Shown piece by piece: positions 28,329 to 38,159 of a stretch of DNA of 64,000 bases (within the stretch, counting starts at the first letter, position 1; each line of letters starts with the position of its first letter). This DNA comes from Candidatus Omnitrophota bacterium (GTDB lineage: Bacteria; Omnitrophota; Gorgyraeia; 2-01-FULL-45-10; JAHFGN01). The notes beneath the pieces are model-generated. The model ran no database searches and had not been told where the DNA came from. It saw nothing but the letters and a program-made list of their open reading frames with translations. The position numbers were made by a program, and so were the translations under genes. The stretch covers positions 10,062 through 74,061 of the forward strand of contig JAHFGN010000001.1 in the NCBI GenBank assembly GCA_023247415.1. The letters are read 5' to 3'.

Positions 28329-31300
28329 ATGTCGAGAAATTTTAACAAATTTTGTGCTGCAGGGTGCCAACTTGTGGGACGTCCCCTTTTGGTCCTCGTA
28401 TTTCTCCTCAATGATCTGGGATTTGCCAGCGGCCACGATGCGCTGGCGCCTCACTATATCTCCGGGCTCCGCGAAGACGACGATAATGGCGCCGCGGTTC
28501 TTGACGCCCGCGCCAGCAGGGTCAAACAGGAGATGAGGGCGGCCGCATCGGGCGCGCTTGCCGAAAAGATACGCGCCAAATTACATGAGAAAAACATACC
28601 CGTAACCAGCGAAGAACTCGAGGAGATAGTCAGCGACAACGTCCGATCCGGCGGCCTGCGCCAGGCAGGGAGCGGTGAGTATACGCCGTCGCCGCAGGAA
28701 CTCGGGCTCATGGACAGCCTCGGCTTTGAGTTGGCTGATAAACAGGGCAGGGTCCGGTATAAGCGCGATTATAAACCGCCGGAGCTGGGTGTCGATCTCT
28801 GGTATATGACGCATGGCGCAACGGACGGAAATAAAGCGGCACTGCTTCAAGGGAGCCGTTCAGACGGAGAGCAAAGGTTTTATCTGAATGAGGAGGGGCA
28901 TAAACAGGCGAAAGAGGGCGCGGAGAAACTGTGGAATATTTTAGGCGTTCGCCTTATGACTGGCGAGAAGATCGTATTTTTGACAAGTCCGATAAGCCGC
29001 GCCCGCCAGACAGCAGATCATTTCATAAAGTTTGTCGAGATCAAAAGCGAGGGTAAGTTAAATATTGAATTAGTCCCTCTGGAAATACTTAAAGAGGTTG
29101 ACCATGGATTCTGGGATGGCAAGAAGAGAGAAGAGTTGCCGGAAGATGAGAAAATCCTGGCAGGGCAGAATTATGCAAGAAATGTCTTTGTAAAATCTCA
29201 AATTCTTCCGGGAGAAAACTTCCTCGAATTCATAAAACGTGTCCGCACCGCCGTCGAATTCATCAACCGCGAGTATAAAGGTAAGACGGTCATTATATTC
29301 GGACACGGTTTCTATTCAGCCGCAATCAAGATTGTCCTCAAGACCCAAGAGGTGGACCAAATAATCGCTGAAAAAGGATATATCGACTGGTCAAAACCTC
29401 TCCAACCCCATACTCACGAACGCTGCCAGCCGATCCATTTCGCTGCGACAGCAGGCGAGCGCAAGGCGACGAGCGGGGATGAGATTGAGCAATTTAAGCC
29501 AGTGGAATTGAGCCCGCAAAATATAGAGCGAGAAACGCCGCGGCAATTGGATGGCCTGCCAGCCAATACAGCGATGCTTCTTCGGGTCATACCGAAAACG
29601 CCCCAGGAAGCCCAGGAATGTAAAGATCTTGTCGAGCTCAATATCGGGCTAAGGCCCCTTATGACTTATGAAGGACTGTTAAAAATATACACTCAAGAGG
29701 CTCTCGCGCATAGGATCTCGAAGGGCGAAGGATCTCTGACAATATTGCTTCCCTTTAGACTTAAGGTCCCGGGCCTCAAAGGTCTCTCAGAGTTGAAGGC
29801 GGTATTAGGCATTGAAAAAACATGGGGAATGCTTCCAGATGAATTTCAATCGGACTTCAATCTTTTAGGAACAAGGAGAGATACAGTCGAAGTGCGAAGA
29901 AGATTGTTGACAGAGGCATTTAAACTACTTTCTGCCGGGGAGTTGCGCCTCGAAAATATAGCGGGATTTCCTATCGGCCTTCCAGAGAAAGCGGATAAAG
30001 AGTACTTCGCGAACGAGATGAAACTGGACCCGAATAGACTCTTCTCAGAGACTGAAGCGAATGAGATTTCAAGTCGGCTCGCAGCCGCAAAGGCCGAGCA
30101 GGAAGCTGAGAAATTACAAGAAAAACTGCAAAAAGAGCGAGATAGGGATGCCGCCCTGGCCGCTGCCAGGCTCGATCCAATTATTCAAAAGGCGAAGGCG
30201 GATCTAAACAGCATGCTCGATGAACTGGCCTCCTCTTCAGTCCCTCCGGCGCCGGATGAAGTGGAGGCCTTAAGAGGCGACATCGCTAAATTATCGGATG
30301 CCGAGCCGCTAGATAGAGGCAATTTTCAGCAGGCGGGCGCGAGCCTGAAAGGGCGCCCAGATGGTTTGCGTCGGAGGATCAAGAAGCTGGAAGAAAAATA
30401 TAGAGAAGAGCGAGAGATAACAGATTTGCTCTTGCGAATAATCTATTTAATAGACGCGAAAGATTGGCCAAAATTTTTGGCGCAGGATGTGCCGAACGCG
30501 TTCAGCTCTAATATTCTTGGGGAATATCCAAAGCTGAGCGATCGAACAGTCGAGCGCTTAAACCAGATAGTTCACTCTATCCATCAGGCGCTGCATTCTC
30601 AACACTTCGATGACCCAATAATTTATTCTACCTTAAGGACCATCCAGGCCATGATTGTGAACGCCTTAGCAGCCGCTGGAAGGATATCAGAGTCAGCGGC
30701 GCAAGTTTTCTGCGAAGACAACCTCTCAACTCAAGGCGATGTGTGGGTTCGCCAGAGAAATATTTGGTCAGAACGGCTTAAGCGAAGATTGGAAAGGGGT
30801 GGATTAGTCAAGGGCGGCCTTCCGCCTCCTCCTCCGCAGTCTATACTAAAGGCTATGGGGGCTAGAGGCAAGACGGGTGAGATAGCGTCCCGCTGCCTTG
30901 GGGTGTTTGACCTTCTCATTCTCTCAAGCAGGAGAGAGCAGTTCTCTGAGCCTGCGGCCCGGGATATCACTTTAGGGCCATTCACAGCTCTTTACTGCTC
31001 TATGCTCCGTATTGAAAAGGCTGACAATGGCGCGATTGCCGGTGTCTCCGACTATTTAAAATCGTTGTATCTACGCGTTGGCGAGGTGCCGGCAGATATA
31101 AAAAAGGGCGTCCTCTTAGGCAAGGCGGCCTATCTTGTTAATCTCGGGATGGTCGAGGTTTCGCTCGCCAGCATGGCGTCAGACCATTTCGGCGCTAAAG
31201 ACTTTGCGGCTGAATTTATGGATGTCGCCAGAGGGATATCCAAGTGGTTACCCAAAAAATACCCAGAATACAAGCCTTGGTATCCGCCGCTTCTGGCCGC

Positions 31301-32033
31301 GTATCTGAATGAGCCTGGCAGGCCCGCGCCTGAGGCGCAGGCTGGCGGCCAGACCGCGCCAACAACATCTGACCGAAAATCTACGAGCGGGATAAGGCAG
31401 GGCCTCGCCGCCGGTCCGGCAGTTCGCGCTGCAATGAGCGGAAGGGAAAAGAAAGAGGCGCGGGGGGCTAACATTCCCCAATCCCTAAGCGGCAAGATGG
31501 CTTTGCGCAAGACTCTCTTGACTTTGGTCTCTAAAGAATTGCAAAAAGGGCCTGTCGTGATAGCCACTGACACTGAACTTGTGCCAATTGAGATTGCCCA
31601 GATGGCTGAGAAGGTGACGAAGAGGTACTTAGGCGGCAGCGTGATGCATATAAGAGGCGCTGGTGAGAAGCTTCTTGAAGCTATCAGGGCCAAAGGCCTA
31701 AACCCGAAAGATGTTGTGATAATAGCCGGAGACAACACTGCGGGAGAGGCCCGAAAATTAGGGACTGTCATCCATGTCAAAAATCCGGAAGGAGAGTTCT
31801 TACCTATATTAATAGAGCTCTATGACCTCGCCCTGAAGATACTATATGGCCTGGGCGAGGAGAAGATATTGGAGTCTCTTAAGGGTATCAGCGCGGATAG
31901 ATGTGATGAGGCGGATGTGAAGAGGCTGCTCATTGAAGGCATAATCAGGATTCTGCCGAAGACAATTAAGATATCTGGCGCGGAGAAGCTAGAGGCGTAC
32001 AGCGCGACTCAAGCCGCCCTCCAATCGCTGTAA
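28329..32033 (+). CDS. Giant modular protein 4: signal-like N-terminus, histidine phosphatase/phosphoglycerate mutase domain, unknown helical module, family C-terminal domain
   Basis: GFA...DALAP; THGATDGN, TSPISRARQTA, LKEVDHGFWDG, GENF, FGHG; C-terminus closely similar to protein 3. Confidence 0.8.
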   Translation: MSRNFNKFCAAGCQLVGRPLLVLVFLLNDLGFASGHDALAPHYISGLREDDDNGAAVLDARASRVKQEMRAAASGALAEKIRAKLHEKNIPVTSEELEEIVSDNVRSGGLRQAGSGEYTPSPQELGLMDSLGFELADKQGRVRYKRDYKPPELGVDLWYMTHGATDGNKAALLQGSRSDGEQRFYLNEEGHKQAKEGAEKLWNILGVRLMTGEKIVFLTSPISRARQTADHFIKFVEIKSEGKLNIELVPLEILKEVDHGFWDGKKREELPEDEKILAGQNYARNVFVKSQILPGENFLEFIKRVRTAVEFINREYKGKTVIIFGHGFYSAAIKIVLKTQEVDQIIAEKGYIDWSKPLQPHTHERCQPIHFAATAGERKATSGDEIEQFKPVELSPQNIERETPRQLDGLPANTAMLLRVIPKTPQEAQECKDLVELNIGLRPLMTYEGLLKIYTQEALAHRISKGEGSLTILLPFRLKVPGLKGLSELKAVLGIEKTWGMLPDEFQSDFNLLGTRRDTVEVRRRLLTEAFKLLSAGELRLENIAGFPIGLPEKADKEYFANEMKLDPNRLFSETEANEISSRLAAAKAEQEAEKLQEKLQKERDRDAALAAARLDPIIQKAKADLNSMLDELASSSVPPAPDEVEALRGDIAKLSDAEPLDRGNFQQAGASLKGRPDGLRRRIKKLEEKYREEREITDLLLRIIYLIDAKDWPKFLAQDVPNAFSSNILGEYPKLSDRTVERLNQIVHSIHQALHSQHFDDPIIYSTLRTIQAMIVNALAAAGRISESAAQVFCEDNLSTQGDVWVRQRNIWSERLKRRLERGGLVKGGLPPPPPQSILKAMGARGKTGEIASRCLGVFDLLILSSRREQFSEPAARDITLGPFTALYCSMLRIEKADNGAIAGVSDYLKSLYLRVGEVPADIKKGVLLGKAAYLVNLGMVEVSLASMASDHFGAKDFAAEFMDVARGISKWLPKKYPEYKPWYPPLLAAYLNEPGRPAPEAQAGGQTAPTTSDRKSTSGIRQGLAAGPAVRAAMSGREKKEARGANIPQSLSGKMALRKTLLTLVSKELQKGPVVIATDTELVPIEIAQMAEKVTKRYLGGSVMHIRGAGEKLLEAIRAKGLNPKDVVIIAGDNTAGEARKLGTVIHVKNPEGEFLPILIELYDLALKILYGLGEEKILESLKGISADRCDEADVKRLLIEGIIRILPKTIKISGAEKLEAYSATQAALQSL
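28350..28390. repeat. REP-like family A copy inside the 5' end of giant gene 4
   Basis: TTTTGTGCTGCAGGGTGCCAACTTGTGGGACGTCCCCTTTT, identical to 48061-48101. Confidence 0.9.
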
Positions 32034-32034
32034 A

Positions 32035-32080
32035 TTTTGTGCGGCAGGCACCCTGCCGCAGAGAGCAGGGTGCCTGCACA
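32035..32080. repeat. Family A-related hairpin after giant gene 4
   Basis: GCAGGCACCCTGC (32044-32056) / GCAGGGTGCCTGC (32065-32077), 13-bp stem sharing the GCAGGGTGCC core. Confidence 0.65.
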
Positions 32081-32113
32081 CGGTTAAGATTGCAAAAATT
32101 TTGTTTTCGACCC

Positions 32114-32164
32114 TTGACAAGTGAAAGAATATCAGTATACTTATGTGGCTTTAAAATTAAAAAA
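32114..32164 (+). promoter_or_regulatory. Conserved giant-gene promoter, copy 3
   Basis: TTGACA-16 bp-TATACT-TATGTGGCTTTAAAATTAAAAAA. Confidence 0.8.
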
Positions 32165-32215
32165 ATGTTTACAAAGAATATGAGGAAGAAAAACAGCAAA
32201 CATAAGGAGAAGACC

Positions 32216-35200
32216 ATGGTCTCAGGCCGTAGATTATTTTTGAAGGTCATAGCATTAGCATTGGTTCCTACATTTATATCTTCCAGCATCACATTCGCCC
32301 AACCGATTCCGGATAACCGAAGCACGCTCGCTCCGGCATCGAGGACCGACGCCGTTGATGACAGCAACAGGGGTAGGGGGGATGTCCTCACCAATACCGT
32401 CGCGAAAAACTTCACTGATCAATGGTTTGAGGCATACGGCAGTAAGATTGCCAGAAAACTGTTCCTGGCATTGAGCCGGCCCGCAACGCCAGAAGTCGCC
32501 GAGGCTGTAGTCAAACACAATACTATAGGTATGGATGGCAAGACACAGCTTAGGTTCATCAACGCCGTAAAAGCGCGCATTGCGCCAACAACAACAGGCC
32601 TGCGCATGGCAGGGAGCGGAACCAGCCGCACTGCAACAAACGGCGAGACTGTCACGCCTCCGGGGAATATAAAACTGCTTGTTGCTCGAAATAAAGAGGC
32701 GATGGCGCGAGAGATGGCGGAGAGGATCGTGGTTAAAGTTCGTGAGGCAAACAGGGCGGGCCAACGGATGACGCTTGGTCTTGCAACAGGCGGCACGATG
32801 GAGCGCGTATATGAGCTCGTAGTTGAGATAACGAAAAACGAGAGACTCGACTGGTCTGGGGTCGTCACATTTAACCTCGATGAATATAAAGGTCTTTTGT
32901 CTACCCATAAACAGAGCTACAGGGCTTTCATGGATAAGCATCTATTCACCCCCCTCGTTCAATTTGGACTTAAGATTGAGGATACACATGTCTTTGACGG
33001 CACAGCGAGTGTTCCAGATGATGAGCTTCGTAAATTCCTTGGCATGATAAAACGACATGGCGGCGTAGACCTGCAGATCTTAGGCATCGGAAGCGACGGC
33101 CACTATGCATTCCACGAACCAGCAGTGGTAGTGGATGATGCCATGGCGAGCGCTATTTATAACGGTGAGCTCTCTCCAGAACAGACCGAAAAGGTTGGCG
33201 GATTCAACGAATTCATCATAACAGGTAAAGATCTTGCAGCGAAAAGCAATGCGATACAACGTGTAATACATGCCAAGTCAGTTTGGCTGACAGCGCTGGA
33301 GAGTAATGAAAGTATTCTCGCCAAAGTTAAAGAAGCGTGGACAAAGGAGAAAAGAGAGGTAAATGAAGCGGATATAAGAGGACAGCTGCGGCAGTTAGGC
33401 AAAAAACTGCTTCTTGGACAAACTCTTCATTTCTACATCGACGGATTGGATAAGGAAGCAAAGAAAAATCTTCTTTCTCACATAAGCTCGGACGAATTGT
33501 ACCGTATGTCATACGTGGGGAGAGTCGAATTGCATGATGCAAAAGAGTTCTTTGACAGCAAAGCAAAGGTCGTTGACCTTGCCCTCTCCACTATAATAGA
33601 CAATTCGCGGTACTTCCCGAGCCTGCTCGATGTGCCGACCCAGGCCTATACGCTGACAGGCGTTGTAAGAGAGGCAAAAGAGATATTGCTGGCCGCAAGC
33701 GGAGAAAACAAGGCCGAGGCAATAGCCGGCGCGCTCGGCAAGACCATATCACAGGAGGTCACATCGAGCATCCTGCAGACCCACCCAAATACGACCTTTA
33801 TCATCGCTGAAGACGCGCTCACCAAGGTGCCGTCCGAGGTAGTGACGAAAGCCGATAAAAATCGTGTCTTCGCCTCAGCCGCCCGCTCCGCGCTGAGCGG
33901 ATATACGCGAGAGGACGCGAAGCGAGAGGTGCCGGTAGCATTTGCCGAGCATCGCGCTTTTTGTATTGGGGAGCCGATAGTTGAGAATGAGTTGGGGATG
34001 TATATCCCGAGCTTTAATAAATGGACAGAATCTGATGTGAAGGCGTTTGAAGAGACGCTCAAAGATCTGCCCAATCTTGAAGGTATAGGTATAGACGGCG
34101 ATGGGAAGGCTGCTCTTACTATCAAGAAGGAGAAGTTTATATCCGACAGCCAGGTCCTGACCGGATTGATCAAATTTTTGTTTGACTGGGCCCAAAAGAG
34201 GGAAGAACGGGAAAAGAGCGAAGCGGTTTCGAATAACGAGGTGCTCGCGGCGTTTAAAGATCTGGTAAATTCGATCGCGCTTATAAGGACGAGCATCGGC
34301 TCGATGGCAAAGCCCGAGATAGAAGAAGATTCCGCCGCCAAACGATATGTCCTCGTCCTGGACGATACGCAGGCGCCTGCTACTGTGGACCAGCTCAAGA
34401 AAGAGGCCCGCCTGACAGCCATGTTCACAGGCATTGAGCCTCCTATACATTATGAATACGGCAGGGGTACTCCATGGGTAGGATTTACAGGATCGCATGC
34501 GGGCGCGGCGTCAATCTACACCAGCGTCGCGAGAACGAAGCAGTATGTTAAATTGATCGAGGAAGCGGTAAGGGACGGCCACAGCCAATATGCAGAATTG
34601 TTAAAGATGGCCTTTATCCAGTCGCTTAGCGGCAATATGGAAGCGAAAAACAAGATAGTTGAAACTATCATCGTCGCGGAACATGAAAATGATAATAAAA
34701 AAGCGCTTGAGAAGATAAAGGCGGAGGATAAGGACCGCTTCACCGAGACATTCGTATCCGTGGACCTGTCCAGGGCGCTTGGCCAACTCGCGCAGATACC
34801 GGAAGCGATCGCCAAGTCAGCCGAAAATTATCTCCTCACAGCGATTGACAAAGGCGAGATAAATGATTTTGTCGTAAAGAGATTTGGAGAGCTCCTGATA
34901 TTCGACGTGACGCATAACAATCCTATATACGACATCCACCTTCGGGCTCAAGAGATTATAGCCGCATCCATCAGAGAGGCGTTTGCTGAAGTGATAAGGC
35001 TTGGCTATTACAAGATTGAGCAAGAAAAGATAGATTTCACCAAGGCCAGCCTTCAGGAATTGGCGAAGGCGCTTGACTGGAATACGGATGAAATAAGATA
35101 TACGAAAGGACAGAGTAATAAACGAAAGTCCCAGCCCACCATGCGCCAGTTCATATTCGGCGCTGACGAGCGCGCGTTCAACAGTATCCTGTTCAACCTC

Positions 35201-38104
35201 TATGGTTCACCGAATATTACGACTATGCAGGCTATTGAAGGAAGCGCGGGCATCTATTTCAAGAATCAGAAGGTGGCTGACCTGCGCCGGGATTCATTTA
35301 CGCGGCTTGTAAGAGGAGAGGCGCTTGACACTACAGGAAGGAACGAGATCGCCCAGCATCTTCCGCGAGAGCTGTTTAAATTGGTAAACCTCAATAAAGG
35401 TCCGGACCCTGATTTTGGATCGGATTCAGGGTATGCGACCAAGGCCATCTACTCCGGTAAAGAGTCGCGTTTCCCGCAAGATGAGCCGATGGTAGTCGTC
35501 ATGAATCTGGGCAAGGTGCAGGTCGCTGTATACCAATCGCAGGCCGGCGCTGAGGCTGTGGGCGGAATCCTCGGGGTGGGCGTTAAAGAACAGAGCGTTG
35601 ATGGTCTGGGAGGCGACCGGCAGGACTTGCGTCCCGTTACATGGGAAGAGGCCGCTTCTCAAACGTTGGATTCGCTAAAGGGGCGAAAGATCGCGCCCAC
35701 CACATTCACCGCGAGCCAGATGAACCGCGGAAGATTCGGCGAGGTGATCGATCCTGTTAAGGAGAGCCCGGAGTTTCGCGTAAGAAATCTCGCCAGGAAG
35801 GTGAAGGGCGAAATAGATTTTGAGGAAGTTTACAGGGCGCACTGGCCGATCCAGCCGGGCACCAATGCCGTCACAGCGGAGGATATATCGGCAAAGGCGT
35901 GGAATGAACTGAAGGAACAGGGCAGCGCCGAAGAAGATGTTGTTTCAATCATTTACGGCAAGCTCAAGAAAGAAAAGCGCGTCAAGATGATAAGGCGCTG
36001 GAAAGACGCCAGCGAGAACCGCGAGGAATTCACCATGAGCGTGTTCAAGGCCGATATAGGCAGTTCCCTTGGCCATACGATCCCGCCAAAGCTCCTCATG
36101 ACCCTGATAAGGGCGTATCTGGAATACGCGAAGGCCAAGGGCTGGATACAGGATTACCTTGTTCAAAAAGAGCTTCCCATGTTCAGGGTTGGAGACGATA
36201 TAGAGATAGTCATATCGCACAAGAAAGGCATTGAGGACAGCGATATACACAGGCTCGCGGTCCGCGCCTTCTACTTCGCGCTCTACTTCGCCGATGCCGC
36301 GAAACGCGACGAATATTACGGGTTTGGGCAGGACCTGCCGCTCGATGTCGACTACTTCCTGGCCTTTGCCAAGATCTATACGGGCGAGGATCAGCAGAAT
36401 ACGGAAAGTTTCGTAGTAGATAAAAGCATAACATCTTTAATGGAAGACTATGTCAAACCCAGAGTGGAAGCATTGTCGCGGGAAGACAGGTATACTATCA
36501 CACAAGCTGAAATCAGCGCCGTATATAACCATTTCAATAACGCATATATGGAATTAAAAACAGACGTATATCAGTCCAAGAAAGAGACTAAGATCGCGGC
36601 TGGGGCAACCGGCAACGTCAGCGGTTCCGGTATAGGTTTCGCTGAGCTAAGCCGCGCTAAGCTCGCGCCGGGCAGGTCCTACACATTCTTCGCGTTCGAC
36701 AAGGCCAGCCCAGGCGCATTCTCCTTACCTTATTATGAGGCTGCCTTGGTCGCTTTGAGGGCCGGAGATTATGATAACCTCAGCTTTGAGGTGGAAGTTG
36801 TGAAGCCGCTTGATAAGCATGAAATTGGGCAGAAGATTATGCTCATAGATGTCGCGGAACAGCCGGAGCTTCTAAAAAATGTCCTTTCTTCAGTGAACGA
36901 CTTCCAGATAAAGGCTGTATGGACAAAGGACCGGGATGGTTCATTCAGGATGGTAGCCGCGAATTCCACGGAACGGCTATATCAGTCTGAGAAGGCTCAT
37001 GGCGCGTATCTTGGCAAGGACGACCCAGCCGCCATGATGGAACAGGCATTCGCGAACCGCGTCATCGAATGGATGGCCGCGAATCCTTATATAATTCAGG
37101 GTGACGAGCGTGGATCTCATATGGCGTTTGTCCTGCTCACATCAGCAACACAGTCCTCCCCCGGCACATTCAGCATACCTGTGGCTGTGGCTGTCTCCTT
37201 TACGCTGGGGCTGAACGGGGAGCTTAGAGATATAATAGACGTATTCGGAGCCCCCAAGTTTGAATTGCCCATGGCTAAAGCTGTGGCGGCCAATGAGCTT
37301 TATATCGAAAGGCATGGTAATAACGCGAATCGCGGCGAGATAGGGCTAATCGAAGAGTCATATCCCGGCCGCAGGCTGCACAGGAAGATACTCAAAGACG
37401 CTAACCCCGCTCTTTCTATAGGCGAGATCATGGCCGAACGCGGCCGTCAGGCAGCGAGCGGCGGGGCCAACGAAGCCGTCGCCGGCGGCTGGCTGTATGA
37501 TAAGGTTACTGTTCCTGATGCTGAAAATTTAGGTGATACCCTGCGCGTTATCAAGGCCTCCAGCGTGTTGAATAAGGAAACGGACAATCGCGTGCTGATC
37601 CTGGCCCTGCCCAATGAGGTGGTGCCAAGCGATATGGCGGTGAAGTTTGGACAATTGGCGGATCGCTATCTTGGAACAGGCGCGGTCCAGATTATCCGCG
37701 CGAACCAGGATTCGCTCTACGGAAAAGCCGTCTCAATAGCGGGACAGGTAAAGCAAGCCGGGAAAGAGGCCATAGTCGTATCTATGGTAAGCGCCGGAGC
37801 CGGCGAAAGCGTTGTCAATGACCTGGCGAGGTTAGGCAAGGTCATGAAGATAGCGGATGGAAGCTTTGTCTCTCCGGGCTTCGTGGACCTGGCCCTTCGA
37901 ATAGCGTATGGCACGCAGGGAGAGGTCCTCGCTTGCCTGAACAGGATAGCGACTCATGAGAAGGGGTTGGCGTTCAGCGAAGAGGATATCGCGCGTGTCT
38001 TCAAGGGCCTTGTGATCATACTGCCGAGAGCAGGTTCAGTTGACCTCAAGACAGCCCGGGAAGCCTACACCGCGGCGAAAAAGTACATCGATACATCGCT
38101 GTAA
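32216..38104 (+). CDS. Giant modular protein 5: signal peptide, NagB (with insertion), unknown module, FBP aldolase/phosphatase (FBPase class V), family C-terminal domain
   Basis: AAGGAG RBS before ATG 32216; MVSGRRLFLKVIALALVPTFISSSITFA...STLAP. NagB: GLATGGT, FNLDEY, GGVDLQILGIGSDGH. FBPase V: KADIG..GH, VGDD, GQDL, DK..PGAF, YLGKDDP, RGSH. Confidence 0.85.
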   Translation: MVSGRRLFLKVIALALVPTFISSSITFAQPIPDNRSTLAPASRTDAVDDSNRGRGDVLTNTVAKNFTDQWFEAYGSKIARKLFLALSRPATPEVAEAVVKHNTIGMDGKTQLRFINAVKARIAPTTTGLRMAGSGTSRTATNGETVTPPGNIKLLVARNKEAMAREMAERIVVKVREANRAGQRMTLGLATGGTMERVYELVVEITKNERLDWSGVVTFNLDEYKGLLSTHKQSYRAFMDKHLFTPLVQFGLKIEDTHVFDGTASVPDDELRKFLGMIKRHGGVDLQILGIGSDGHYAFHEPAVVVDDAMASAIYNGELSPEQTEKVGGFNEFIITGKDLAAKSNAIQRVIHAKSVWLTALESNESILAKVKEAWTKEKREVNEADIRGQLRQLGKKLLLGQTLHFYIDGLDKEAKKNLLSHISSDELYRMSYVGRVELHDAKEFFDSKAKVVDLALSTIIDNSRYFPSLLDVPTQAYTLTGVVREAKEILLAASGENKAEAIAGALGKTISQEVTSSILQTHPNTTFIIAEDALTKVPSEVVTKADKNRVFASAARSALSGYTREDAKREVPVAFAEHRAFCIGEPIVENELGMYIPSFNKWTESDVKAFEETLKDLPNLEGIGIDGDGKAALTIKKEKFISDSQVLTGLIKFLFDWAQKREEREKSEAVSNNEVLAAFKDLVNSIALIRTSIGSMAKPEIEEDSAAKRYVLVLDDTQAPATVDQLKKEARLTAMFTGIEPPIHYEYGRGTPWVGFTGSHAGAASIYTSVARTKQYVKLIEEAVRDGHSQYAELLKMAFIQSLSGNMEAKNKIVETIIVAEHENDNKKALEKIKAEDKDRFTETFVSVDLSRALGQLAQIPEAIAKSAENYLLTAIDKGEINDFVVKRFGELLIFDVTHNNPIYDIHLRAQEIIAASIREAFAEVIRLGYYKIEQEKIDFTKASLQELAKALDWNTDEIRYTKGQSNKRKSQPTMRQFIFGADERAFNSILFNLYGSPNITTMQAIEGSAGIYFKNQKVADLRRDSFTRLVRGEALDTTGRNEIAQHLPRELFKLVNLNKGPDPDFGSDSGYATKAIYSGKESRFPQDEPMVVVMNLGKVQVAVYQSQAGAEAVGGILGVGVKEQSVDGLGGDRQDLRPVTWEEAASQTLDSLKGRKIAPTTFTASQMNRGRFGEVIDPVKESPEFRVRNLARKVKGEIDFEEVYRAHWPIQPGTNAVTAEDISAKAWNELKEQGSAEEDVVSIIYGKLKKEKRVKMIRRWKDASENREEFTMSVFKADIGSSLGHTIPPKLLMTLIRAYLEYAKAKGWIQDYLVQKELPMFRVGDDIEIVISHKKGIEDSDIHRLAVRAFYFALYFADAAKRDEYYGFGQDLPLDVDYFLAFAKIYTGEDQQNTESFVVDKSITSLMEDYVKPRVEALSREDRYTITQAEISAVYNHFNNAYMELKTDVYQSKKETKIAAGATGNVSGSGIGFAELSRAKLAPGRSYTFFAFDKASPGAFSLPYYEAALVALRAGDYDNLSFEVEVVKPLDKHEIGQKIMLIDVAEQPELLKNVLSSVNDFQIKAVWTKDRDGSFRMVAANSTERLYQSEKAHGAYLGKDDPAAMMEQAFANRVIEWMAANPYIIQGDERGSHMAFVLLTSATQSSPGTFSIPVAVAVSFTLGLNGELRDIIDVFGAPKFELPMAKAVAANELYIERHGNNANRGEIGLIEESYPGRRLHRKILKDANPALSIGEIMAERGRQAASGGANEAVAGGWLYDKVTVPDAENLGDTLRVIKASSVLNKETDNRVLILALPNEVVPSDMAVKFGQLADRYLGTGAVQIIRANQDSLYGKAVSIAGQVKQAGKEAIVVSMVSAGAGESVVNDLARLGKVMKIADGSFVSPGFVDLALRIAYGTQGEVLACLNRIATHEKGLAFSEEDIARVFKGLVIILPRAGSVDLKTAREAYTAAKKYIDTSL

Positions 38105-38159
38105 CGCAAGAGCGAAAAGCGTAGAGCGAAAAGCGTAAAGTTAAAACTTAAAGTTCAAA

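Noticed and set aside
28536-28553. RAAASG as a linker motif
   Set aside because: It lies inside the conserved N-terminal helix and uses atypical codons (AGG, TCG); probably coincidental.
32039-32215. Track N-terminal extension of protein 5
   Set aside because: It spans a hairpin and the promoter. ATG 32216 has an AAGGAG RBS and gives a family-type signal peptide.
33905-36030. GlpX (FBPase II)-like assignment of the middle of protein 5
   Set aside because: Only vague resemblance; the GEGE and DPLEGT motifs are not found.
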